This document shows, in pieces, positions 38,572 to 46,962 of a DNA stretch of 64,000 bases. Positions within the stretch are counted from its first letter, which is position 1; each line of letters starts with the position of its first letter. Below the pieces are notes generated by a model, which was given only the letters and a program-made list of their open reading frames with translations, was not told the DNA's origin and ran no database searches. The stretch covers positions 34,437 to 98,436 of the forward strand of contig CAXXVV010000008.1 of the NCBI GenBank assembly GCA_963678305.2. The letters are read 5' to 3'. Source of the stretch: Victivallales bacterium (GTDB taxonomy: Bacteria > Verrucomicrobiota > Lentisphaeria > Victivallales > Victivallaceae). Both the position numbers and the translations under genes were made by a program.

Positions 38572-39825
38572 TCAAGCCATTTCGTTGGAAAATTCTGAAA
38601 CGTCAGCCAGTTTTTCGAGTTCCGGCATAAACGCTTTGGCTTCATCAAGACGCCTCTCTTCAACCAGCCGCCAGAATGTGGACAGCAGTTCATGATGAGC
38701 TTCACATGTCAGGAGGTTGCGAATCGGCATCAGCTCAAACAAGCCTTCCGGCGTTTTTGCCTTTTCCTGCCAGTTCTCGGCGCGTTTGTAGAGATCAGCC
38801 ATAAATTCGCCTCGAGTACCGGCCCAGGCTTCAAAATATTTCTGAACTAAAGCCGGTTGGGACAGCGGTTCTGACAACTTGTTAAGGTAAGCTGCAAATT
38901 TTGTTGTACCATCCTCGCTCAACAAGCGAACTCTGGTATTATCCGGAGCAAAAGTATGCGGATGAACCTGCAAACTCGCAGCGCCGTCACGTGAAAATCC
39001 GATGGTTACGGAATATCCCAGCGACCAGGCAAGCGGACGTCCATCATACGGGAAATAGAAATTTCCGAGACTATAGACAATCGGAACGCCGTTGTACATT
39101 TCAATTCCCTGCGGACAATGGGTGTGAATATTGACAACCGCAGTCGCGCCGGCATCGGCGAACGCACGATATGTGCTGACCATTCTGGGACTTGGAACCG
39201 GATTATATTCATTTCCGCCATGAATAATCACAATGACCGCATCCGATTGCGCAGAAGTTTCACGAATCGTTTTGATCAAATGAAACGGCTCAAGAGGCGC
39301 GGCTCCCGGCTTGCTTGGACCGGCACTGCCGAATTCATGTTCTGCCGCGTTGATAACTGTGAGTTTAAAACCGTTTTTTTCAATGACTAAAGGTCTATTG
39401 GCATCTTCAAGGTCTTTTCCGGCTCCGACCCGGTAAATCCCCGCGTCATCGATTCTCTGTAAAGTTTCCAATAAAGCATCTTCCCCGTGGTCCCCGGTAT
39501 GATTATTGGCCAGGGTTACCGTGTCATAACCTCCGGCTTTAATCAGGTCGACGCAATTCGGATGCACTTTCAGCGGCGGCCCGGATTTTACGATCGGAGA
39601 AGTTTCTTCGGTCAACGGAGCTTCAAACTGAAGAATCGCCACATCTGCGGCGGAGGTCAACGGAGCAATGTCGGATATAATAGAGTCAGCCTTTCCGGCG
39701 TTAACCAGTTCTTCGCCGACGCCCAGCGGACAGCAGTCTCCTGAAATCATAACTTTAAATTCCTGTTCAGAACCGGATGAGACACAAACAAAACACTTTG
39801 GATCAAGCATTTGATTTTCTTTCAT
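38572..39825 (-). CDS. CapA-family (PGA_cap metallophosphatase-like) protein
   Basis: DVAILQFEAPLT, YDTVTLANNHTGDHG, VIVIIHGGNEY and NIHTHCPQG blocks. Confidence 0.75.
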   Translation of the reverse strand: MKENQMLDPKCFVCVSSGSEQEFKVMISGDCCPLGVGEELVNAGKADSIISDIAPLTSAADVAILQFEAPLTEETSPIVKSGPPLKVHPNCVDLIKAGGYDTVTLANNHTGDHGEDALLETLQRIDDAGIYRVGAGKDLEDANRPLVIEKNGFKLTVINAAEHEFGSAGPSKPGAAPLEPFHLIKTIRETSAQSDAVIVIIHGGNEYNPVPSPRMVSTYRAFADAGATAVVNIHTHCPQGIEMYNGVPIVYSLGNFYFPYDGRPLAWSLGYSVTIGFSRDGAASLQVHPHTFAPDNTRVRLLSEDGTTKFAAYLNKLSEPLSQPALVQKYFEAWAGTRGEFMADLYKRAENWQEKAKTPEGLFELMPIRNLLTCEAHHELLSTFWRLVEERRLDEAKAFMPELEKLADVSEFSNEMA

Positions 39826-39828
39826 TTA

Positions 39829-40185
39829 TTATTCAGCAACAAAGAAGATATTATCATCAGGATCGGTAACCCGGTGCAGGGTCATCTCTCCCTGTTCAAG
39901 CACTTTGGCTTCGGTATTGTAACCGGCCTTGCGTAGTGAGGCAAGCACTTTTTCGGGGTCATCCGGGCGGTACACCCAAGGCATTCGGCGATACCCCTCC
40001 AGCATCACCGGAGGAGCCGGCGACGCTTCCACAAACAAGTCGCCGCCGCCAGGCAAAGCATACCTCAACCAGAAATTCGAATCCAGCTCAGGTTCGCCCA
40101 ACATCAAAATATTACTGAAAAAGAACCTGCTGCGTTGAATATCCGAGGTTCTTATAACGATACCAAAAAGATTTTCCCGATCCAT
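39829..40185 (-). CDS. VOC (glyoxalase/bleomycin-resistance-like) family protein
   Basis: 118 aa single VOC module (FGIVIRTSDIQRSRFFFSNIL...VTDPDDNIFFV). Confidence 0.55.
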   Translation of the reverse strand: MDRENLFGIVIRTSDIQRSRFFFSNILMLGEPELDSNFWLRYALPGGGDLFVEASPAPPVMLEGYRRMPWVYRPDDPEKVLASLRKAGYNTEAKVLEQGEMTLHRVTDPDDNIFFVAE

Positions 40186-40388
40186 TTAAAACAAGTGCTC
40201 GTTTATTAATGCAAAATTACTATCACAAGCAATCTAATCTGTTTCCATGTGAAAAGCAAATCCGGTTGAATATATTTTCCGAAAATATGACACCAGGCTC
40301 TTTTACACTAAAAATATCCCCCACTACGTGGGATTTTGAAAAAAAACCAATTTTTTTGCTGTTTTTCTTAATAAAAAAGTTGCAAAAT

Positions 40389-40503
40389 GGGTGGATGAAG
40401 TATACTTTAGGGTTAAATAGGGAGAATTAGCATTAAAAAGGGAGAGATAAGAGACGAACAGGGATATTTTGGTTTGTACCGGGAGCCAAAGCCGTTGTCA
40501 GGG
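40389..40503 (+). promoter_or_regulatory. Array of seven helically phased GGG motifs (candidate MraZ operator array)
   Basis: GGG at 40389, 40410, 40420, 40440, 40461, 40481 and 40501, giving spacings of 21, 10, 20, 21, 20 and 20. No other GGG occurs in the interval. Confidence 0.4.
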
Positions 40504-40519
40504 AAAGTAATATCCGGTA

Positions 40520-41032
40520 ATGATGAGTGAATCGCAGATGGAACAGAGCAGACAAAAACCTTTTTTCTCCAGCGCCTACGAGCGTTCCCTGGATAGCCAA
40601 TACCGGGTGCCGATGCCCAGTGAATGGCGTCGCCGGAACAAAGATCTGGTGCTGGTACTGGTGCCGGGCATGAATAATGACCTGCTGCTGCTTCCTTTCT
40701 ATATGATGGATGAATATATGGAGAAACTGAGCCGGGAAGCAATGCTGGACCCGGATTTGCAGCTGGTTATGTCGTGGATCGGTTCATCCACCCGGGAATG
40801 TCAGTGCGACAAGCAGGGGCGGATCAAGCTTGACCGTGAACTGCTTGAGAGCATCGGCGTGGAATCAAAGCTGCAGATGATCGGCTCTTTGTCATATATC
40901 AGAATATGCGCGCCGGAAAACTGGCCGCAGAAACCAAAAGACATGAAACCGTATCTGGATAAAGTTAAAGAGGCGTGTAAAGGAGATTCGCTTTCTGAAA
41001 TATTCAGGAATGCTTTGAAAAATAAGAAATGA
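40520..41032 (+). CDS. mraZ: Division/cell-wall cluster transcriptional regulator MraZ
   Basis: Two SpoVT/AbrB-like halves: LDSQYRVPMPSEWR and CDKQGRIKLDRELLESIGV. Canonical position upstream of rsmH. The exact start among 40520, 40523 and 40538 is uncertain. Confidence 0.85.
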   Translation: MMSESQMEQSRQKPFFSSAYERSLDSQYRVPMPSEWRRRNKDLVLVLVPGMNNDLLLLPFYMMDEYMEKLSREAMLDPDLQLVMSWIGSSTRECQCDKQGRIKLDRELLESIGVESKLQMIGSLSYIRICAPENWPQKPKDMKPYLDKVKEACKGDSLSEIFRNALKNKK

Positions 41033-42003
41033 CAGAAAAAAACAACACAACTTCAAATGATAAAAAGGTATTGGATTACTCCCATATTCCGGTCCTTCCG
41101 AAAGCAGTGTTGGAATTTCTGAACTGCCGTGAAGGAGCGGTCCGGATAATTGACGGGACTCTCGGTTGCGGCGGACACAGCAGTTTGATTTTACAGGAAA
41201 ACCAGAAGGCTGAGGTGTTGGGTATCGATCGCGATGGCGACGCATTAATCAGAGCGCGGGAAACTTTGAGCTTCGCTTCCGGCCGCACCCACCTCACGAG
41301 AGGCAAGTTTGGAGATCTGGCGGAGCACGCCCACGATATAGGGTGGGACCTCGTCGACGGCGTTCTGCTGGATCTGGGAATATCCTCGCCGCAAATAGAC
41401 GATGCGGATCGCGGATTTTCTCACCGCCTGAATGGACCGTTGGATATGCGAATGGATAAACGTTCGCCCAACACCGCCAGCCGGCTCTTGAATAACGCGA
41501 CCGAGGACGAATTGGCCGAGATATTCCGCGACTACGGTGAAATCCCCAAAAGCCGCGCCCTGGCCAGAGCCATTGTCGCCCAACGTGAGACAACGCCCTG
41601 GACTGAGACTTCCGAATTGGCGGAACTGTGTGAAAGAGTGCTGGGTAATCCGCGAAAACGCGGATTGCCGGCGGCGACGCTCTGTTTCCAGGCGCTGCGG
41701 ATCGCGGTCAACGACGAACTCGGAGAACTGAAGAAAGCGCTTGAGACAGCGGTAAACATTTTAAAACCGGGCGGAAGACTGGTGATGATCAGCTTCCATT
41801 CACTGGAAGACCGGATCGTCAAACAATTCTTCCGCGACAAAGCAACTGACTGCATTTGCCCGCCGGGATGTCCGGTATGCATCTGCAATCATCACAGTGA
41901 AATAAAGATCTTAACCCGCAAGCCGGTAGTGGCCGATGCGGATGAACTTGAAATAAACCGCCGTTCAGCATCTGCGAAACTGCGCGCGGCTGAAAAATTG
42001 TAA
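41029..42003 (+). CDS. rsmH: 16S rRNA (cytosine1402-N4)-methyltransferase
   Basis: HIPVLPKAVLEFL, DGTLGCGGHS, LLDLGISSPQID, RGFSH and ISFHSLEDRIVK. ATGA overlap with mraZ. Confidence 0.95.
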   Translation: MTEKNNTTSNDKKVLDYSHIPVLPKAVLEFLNCREGAVRIIDGTLGCGGHSSLILQENQKAEVLGIDRDGDALIRARETLSFASGRTHLTRGKFGDLAEHAHDIGWDLVDGVLLDLGISSPQIDDADRGFSHRLNGPLDMRMDKRSPNTASRLLNNATEDELAEIFRDYGEIPKSRALARAIVAQRETTPWTETSELAELCERVLGNPRKRGLPAATLCFQALRIAVNDELGELKKALETAVNILKPGGRLVMISFHSLEDRIVKQFFRDKATDCICPPGCPVCICNHHSEIKILTRKPVVADADELEINRRSASAKLRAAEKL

Positions 42004-42044
42004 GGAAAAGAATACTTGAAAATATTTGCAAAAAGGGTGGCAGC

Positions 42045-42467
42045 ATGATTTTAACAGCAGGGACTACCAGTAAAAAAACGGACAGTCGTCGTAATGGCGA
42101 TTCAAATATCCATGTCGGCTTTCAAGCGCTGACAGCAGTACTTAATGTTGTAATACTGCTGTCGGTGGTCTTTTGCATTGCCAACGCCAGAATCGTCTTA
42201 AACAACCGGATCGACAAACTTGATGAAGAAGCCAGACAACTCCAGATCAAGATTGCCCGGATGCGCCTGGAAGCCGAAAACCTCAGGTTACGGCAGGAAA
42301 AGCTTTCCAGCTGGCCCGAAGTCAGTAGCCGTATCGTCAAGTTTAATCTGCGGCTCAGAGCTCCGCTCCATACGCAGATCAAGGAATTGGCGATTGTCCC
42401 GTACAACCGGCAGGACGCCAAAGATACCGGTACCATCAGCACCGGTTCCCGTCTTACGTTGCGTTAA
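42045..42467 (+). CDS. ftsL: Cell division protein FtsL-like (TM + coiled coil)
   Basis: 140 aa with a single TM (LTAVLNVVILLSVVFCIANA) followed by a leucine-zipper-like coiled coil. Canonical position between rsmH and ftsI. Confidence 0.65.
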   Translation: MILTAGTTSKKTDSRRNGDSNIHVGFQALTAVLNVVILLSVVFCIANARIVLNNRIDKLDEEARQLQIKIARMRLEAENLRLRQEKLSSWPEVSSRIVKFNLRLRAPLHTQIKELAIVPYNRQDAKDTGTISTGSRLTLR

Positions 42468-42598
42468 CCGGGAATTTCGTAATAAGTTTTAGATCATAAT
42501 TATCTATAACAAGATAATCGCGGTATTTGAACACAAATCGAAGTCTGTGATGTTATAGAAAAATAAGCTTGACCGCTTATCAGGCCAGGAGTCAGTAC

Positions 42599-44512
42599 AT
42601 GCCGTGGAACGAAGATTCGATACGATCAAGAATCGTCATCATCGCATTTGTGCTGCTGCTGGCGTTTCTGTCCCTTGGCGGCTACTTGTATACGGTCCAG
42701 ATTCTCCGACACGACGAGTTATACGAAAAAGCCAAAAAGAAATATACTTCAACCAGCGAAAGTCACGGTGAACGCGGCGAAATCTACGATTTTAACGGCA
42801 ATCTTCTGGTCGGGAATCGGCCGGTATACCATATCCAGCTGGACCCCTCGTTATTAAACGATGAAATTGCCGAATATCTGGCCCGGTTGTTCTCCCGGTA
42901 TCTCGACCTGGACTATCGGAAACTGCGGGAAAGCTTCATCGTCCGGACAAGAGAAGTAGTCAAAGACGGAGAAAAAGAGGTCAAGAAAAATCGTTATGCG
43001 CCAGTTCACTCCAAAGTTCCGCTGAACATCGGCGATATGTTGAAAGAAAAGATTCATAAGAAGAATGAAGAAATTAAGGCATATAACAAAAAAGTCGCCA
43101 GGGCGAGAGCTAAATTAAAAAAGGCGAAAAAATTAGCCGAAATGGATAAACTGCAATACAAAAAAATCATTCGTGGTATTCAGTTTAAAATAATCCGGGC
43201 CCGTTATTATCCGAAAGACAGCATGCTGGCAAATGTGCTGGGCTTCACTTTTATTGATGAGGCGACAAATGAAGAAGCCGCGTTCGGACTTGAAAAATAT
43301 TTCAACAAATATCTGGCCTCAAAAAACCAGGTTGCCACCTATGAACGCTCCCGCAAGGGACGTCCCTTGCATTACGGCGACCGGAAAGTCAAGACCACGG
43401 AAGACAATGTGGCGCTGAATGTCATCATGACGATCCGGGAACCGATCCAGTCGATTGTCGAGGAAGAGCTGGACAAACTGGTTGCGCAGTGGAACCCTAA
43501 AGCGGCCTGGGCTATCCTCGCCACTCCTGAAGGCGACATACTGGCGATGGCCCAGCGTCCGACGTTCAATCCCAATGACCGGCGCGGCTTAACTCCGCAT
43601 CAAACCGCCAACATCATCATGCGCGCCAACTTTGAACCCGGTTCGACCATGAAACCGATAGTCGTTTCCAAGGCTCTCGACCTGGGGATTGTGACTCCTC
43701 AAACCATTTTTTATTGTGAAAACGGTTATTGGCCGCAATATAAAATGAAAGATGCCGGTCATCACTACAAGGACTTGAATGTGGCTGAAATAATCCAGAA
43801 ATCAAGTAATATAGGGACCGCAAAAATAACCCTGGAAATGGGAGAAAAAAATCTCTTTAAGACGCTTCGAGGTTTCGGATTCGGCAAGCGGTCCGGAATT
43901 GAAATCGGGTTGGAAAACGTCGGAATGCTGCACCCGATTCGAAATGGAGACGGCATGACTATCGCCCGGTTGCCGATCGGTCAGGCGTTCAACGTTTCAC
44001 CGTTGCAGTTGGTTCGGGCCTATTGCGCGTTGGCCAACCACGGCAAACTACCCTATATGCGGCTGATCGACCGGTTGGAGAACAAGGAAGCGGGAATAGT
44101 CAAGAAGATTGAAAATCCGCCGCCAATTCAATTATACAAGAATCCGTCCACCTGGGCAAAAATCGTTTCCATGATGAAACTGGTAACCAGAGAGGGCGGC
44201 ACCGCTACCCAGGCGGCGGTAAAAGGCTACTCCGTCGCCGGGAAAACCGGAACCAGCCAGAAACTCGAACCGGTAATGATCGGCGAGAAAAAAAGAATGG
44301 TTTATTCCCATACCAAATTCTATGCGTCATTCATCGGCTTCGTGCCGGCGGAAAAACCCGCTTTTGTGTTATTGGTAAGTGCTGATGAACCGAAAAAAAG
44401 TCACTACGGCGGTACGGTTTCCGCCCCGACCTTCAAGAATATCGCAATTCGCACCCTGCGCCATATGAACATAAAGCCGACGTTCCCGGAGGAATTGAAA
44501 GAGACTCAGTAA
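42599..44512 (+). CDS. ftsI: Peptidoglycan D,D-transpeptidase FtsI (class B PBP)
   Basis: ATG at 42599 has AGGAG 7 nt upstream. Motifs are SxxK (GSTMKP), SxN (SSNIG) and KTG (GKTGT), with an N-terminal TM and PBP dimerisation domain. Confidence 0.9.
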   Translation: MPWNEDSIRSRIVIIAFVLLLAFLSLGGYLYTVQILRHDELYEKAKKKYTSTSESHGERGEIYDFNGNLLVGNRPVYHIQLDPSLLNDEIAEYLARLFSRYLDLDYRKLRESFIVRTREVVKDGEKEVKKNRYAPVHSKVPLNIGDMLKEKIHKKNEEIKAYNKKVARARAKLKKAKKLAEMDKLQYKKIIRGIQFKIIRARYYPKDSMLANVLGFTFIDEATNEEAAFGLEKYFNKYLASKNQVATYERSRKGRPLHYGDRKVKTTEDNVALNVIMTIREPIQSIVEEELDKLVAQWNPKAAWAILATPEGDILAMAQRPTFNPNDRRGLTPHQTANIIMRANFEPGSTMKPIVVSKALDLGIVTPQTIFYCENGYWPQYKMKDAGHHYKDLNVAEIIQKSSNIGTAKITLEMGEKNLFKTLRGFGFGKRSGIEIGLENVGMLHPIRNGDGMTIARLPIGQAFNVSPLQLVRAYCALANHGKLPYMRLIDRLENKEAGIVKKIENPPPIQLYKNPSTWAKIVSMMKLVTREGGTATQAAVKGYSVAGKTGTSQKLEPVMIGEKKRMVYSHTKFYASFIGFVPAEKPAFVLLVSADEPKKSHYGGTVSAPTFKNIAIRTLRHMNIKPTFPEELKETQ

Positions 44513-44534
44513 AAGATCCGGGAGGAATTGCGTT

Positions 44535-45347
44535 ATGTCATTTACAATTTCGCATGCGGCCGCGGCTTTACCGTTTTATAAAAGCAGATTGTGCTTTCCG
44601 GCCCTGGTTGTGGGCTGCATGGTCCCGGATTTTGAATACTTCATCTTTTTCGACTATGTCCGGCGCGGTGCGCATTCCATCGCCGGACTTTTTTATTTCT
44701 GCGTCCCGGTGGGCCTGGTCATCCTGTTTCTCTACTACAAAGTCTGGCGCTATCTAATTGCCGACTTGTGCCCGGATTTCATCCGCGACCGTTTATTGAC
44801 CTTGAACAAAACACAATATGCTTTTTTCCCGGCCAAACGCCTTGGCATAATTATTCTGTCCATTATAATAGGCGCGATCCTGCATGATACCTGGGATTTG
44901 CTCTCACACGGCTTCGGCCGCGGCCCTTTAATTTTCCCGTGGCTGCTGCAAAAAGTGCCATTCCTGCGTATTCACTGGTGGGCTTTATTCTATGCGGCCG
45001 GGACCGCCATCGGCTTGTTCACGGTTATGGCGGCGCTGCTGGTCCATCTGGCCAATACAAAACCGGTAAAGGAACGGCCTGCAAGAATATTGCCGAATCT
45101 TCCTTCGACAATCATCATCGGCCTGACCGGGATTATATTTTCAATTGTTTTCGCGTTGAAAATGCCGCCGTATCACGATTATGAGGCGGCCAGGATTCTG
45201 GCTTTTTTCGTGCTGGGCGTAATCTGTTATTCAATCGTCACAATCACAGCGGTTGGATTCTGGCGACAATTCAAAGCGGGGATAACGAGAAAACGAGCCA
45301 TTCAGGACGCTTTCATTTTCGATTACGATAATACTCCTCAAGACTGA
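44535..45347 (+). CDS. DUF4184-family membrane protein
   Basis: The N-terminus MSFTISHAAAALPF...ALVVGCMVPDFEYF matches the characteristic DUF4184 start. Multiple TM helices. Confidence 0.65.
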   Translation: MSFTISHAAAALPFYKSRLCFPALVVGCMVPDFEYFIFFDYVRRGAHSIAGLFYFCVPVGLVILFLYYKVWRYLIADLCPDFIRDRLLTLNKTQYAFFPAKRLGIIILSIIIGAILHDTWDLLSHGFGRGPLIFPWLLQKVPFLRIHWWALFYAAGTAIGLFTVMAALLVHLANTKPVKERPARILPNLPSTIIIGLTGIIFSIVFALKMPPYHDYEAARILAFFVLGVICYSIVTITAVGFWRQFKAGITRKRAIQDAFIFDYDNTPQD

Positions 45348-46794
45348 GCAGCGGCTTTTTATTTTCCTTATAATAGACTTGCTGCAATTCCGCCAGGGTC
45401 AATTCCGCATCATTCTTCACTTTTTCACTGATAAGCCGGAAAAACCATAATGCGTCTGCCTGTTTGAAATCTAAATACCATTGATGTGTGGCTGCCTCAT
45501 CAAGCGCAAGACTAATTCCTGCTTCATCATGAACACTTAATCCACCGGAGATCAAGACCGGCTTATCCGTTCCGGGCCGATAAGAAACCATGCATTTCCC
45601 TCTCAAATCATCAAATGCGCCGGCACCAATAAAATAAACATCACGTTGGCCAACGGTAGCTCTTTGAATATTGGCAGGCCGTCCATTAATAGAGTCTTTC
45701 AGCCAACCTCTTAAAATAGTCCGGTCCCCATCAGAAAGAAAACGTTTTGGAAAAATCCGCCATATCCCCAACGCATCTTGAAACCGGAAAGTCAATTTCG
45801 TTTCCTTCCAACGGATATACTCGTTCCAGCGTACAGTGGATTTGCCGTGTGGAGATGCCGCGATCAGCAACTCCGGGGTCAAAACATAATCGGTTTTCTC
45901 GCGAAACATTTCATCTTTTTCAAAATCCAGCTGCGCTTTCTTTTTATAAAATACCATTAGATACTGAAATGCGACGAAGGCGAAAATTAGCAAAACCATC
46001 TTTAGCGGATCACCGAAAGAACCGGGAGGATGCCCATTGTTCAACTTCAGAACCATCTCGGGAAAATAACGATTACAAAGTTCCATACTTAGCAACAGTA
46101 GAAGTAATATGGAAATAATGACAAACAGCACTCGATATATTCGGTAAAAAGGAAACATTCCTTCCGAATACTCCTCATACTCCAACTGGCCGGAGCATCT
46201 GATGGCGTCTTTGTACTGTTTTTCATCCTCCACCGAAAAATCAACAGAACCGGAGTCAATTGCTGGCTCTTTGATAATTTTCCTGAGAAATTCAAGCCCG
46301 GCATCGTTAAGTACGCGCTTCGGGAGATATCTGCACCGGCTGTCCGATTCGAAAAAAATGAAGAATTCATCGGTCTCTTTTGTGGACGAAAAGTCATTCC
46401 AGGGAATCCGGGAAGTTCCGCTGCTATCAGAGAAACCTATATTTTCATCGCATACCACCACGTCAACCAGGTGGTTTCCGGCATCAAAATTCCTTGCGGC
46501 CTTTTTCTTGAAATATGAATACAAAAAGATAACCGGCATTACGCATACCATAATTAAACCCAGCATGGCAAACTGGTCATTCCAAAGCAAATGCAGTTTT
46601 TCCATATAAGACCCGCCGTCCCGGAATATCAAATAAGTCCTGTATAACCCGAAAATAACTCCGGCAATGATTAATACGCAAGCTCCACCAAGGACCAGGA
46701 TCAGAGTTTTTACATTACCGGATTTTACCACTTGATCTTGAATCTTCGCGAGATCGGCAGATAACACTTGAAATCTACACTTTATTTCTTCCAT
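45313..46794 (-). CDS. Membrane protein with a duplicated [2 TM + YcxB-like domain] module and a C-terminal soluble domain
   Basis: The start at 46794 (MEEIKCRF) has a G-rich RBS. The two repeats contain IPWNDFSSTKETDEFFIFF...RYLPKRVL and VRWNEYIRWKETKLTFRF...RIFPKRFL. Confidence 0.6.
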   Translation of the reverse strand: MEEIKCRFQVLSADLAKIQDQVVKSGNVKTLILVLGGACVLIIAGVIFGLYRTYLIFRDGGSYMEKLHLLWNDQFAMLGLIMVCVMPVIFLYSYFKKKAARNFDAGNHLVDVVVCDENIGFSDSSGTSRIPWNDFSSTKETDEFFIFFESDSRCRYLPKRVLNDAGLEFLRKIIKEPAIDSGSVDFSVEDEKQYKDAIRCSGQLEYEEYSEGMFPFYRIYRVLFVIISILLLLLLSMELCNRYFPEMVLKLNNGHPPGSFGDPLKMVLLIFAFVAFQYLMVFYKKKAQLDFEKDEMFREKTDYVLTPELLIAASPHGKSTVRWNEYIRWKETKLTFRFQDALGIWRIFPKRFLSDGDRTILRGWLKDSINGRPANIQRATVGQRDVYFIGAGAFDDLRGKCMVSYRPGTDKPVLISGGLSVHDEAGISLALDEAATHQWYLDFKQADALWFFRLISEKVKNDAELTLAELQQVYYKENKKPLLSLEEYYRNRK

Positions 46795-46962
46795 CTGTTT
46801 TGCCCCCCAATTTTCAATAAAAAGACAAGTTTTAACGTAAAAATAGCTCATAAAGACTAATTTGTCCAGTCCGGTCCTTCGAGCAGAATAAAGTTAAGCA
46901 GTTGATTTTTTCGATTATTGCTCTATCTTTATAAAAACCGCATCTCCCGGGAGGAATATAAA

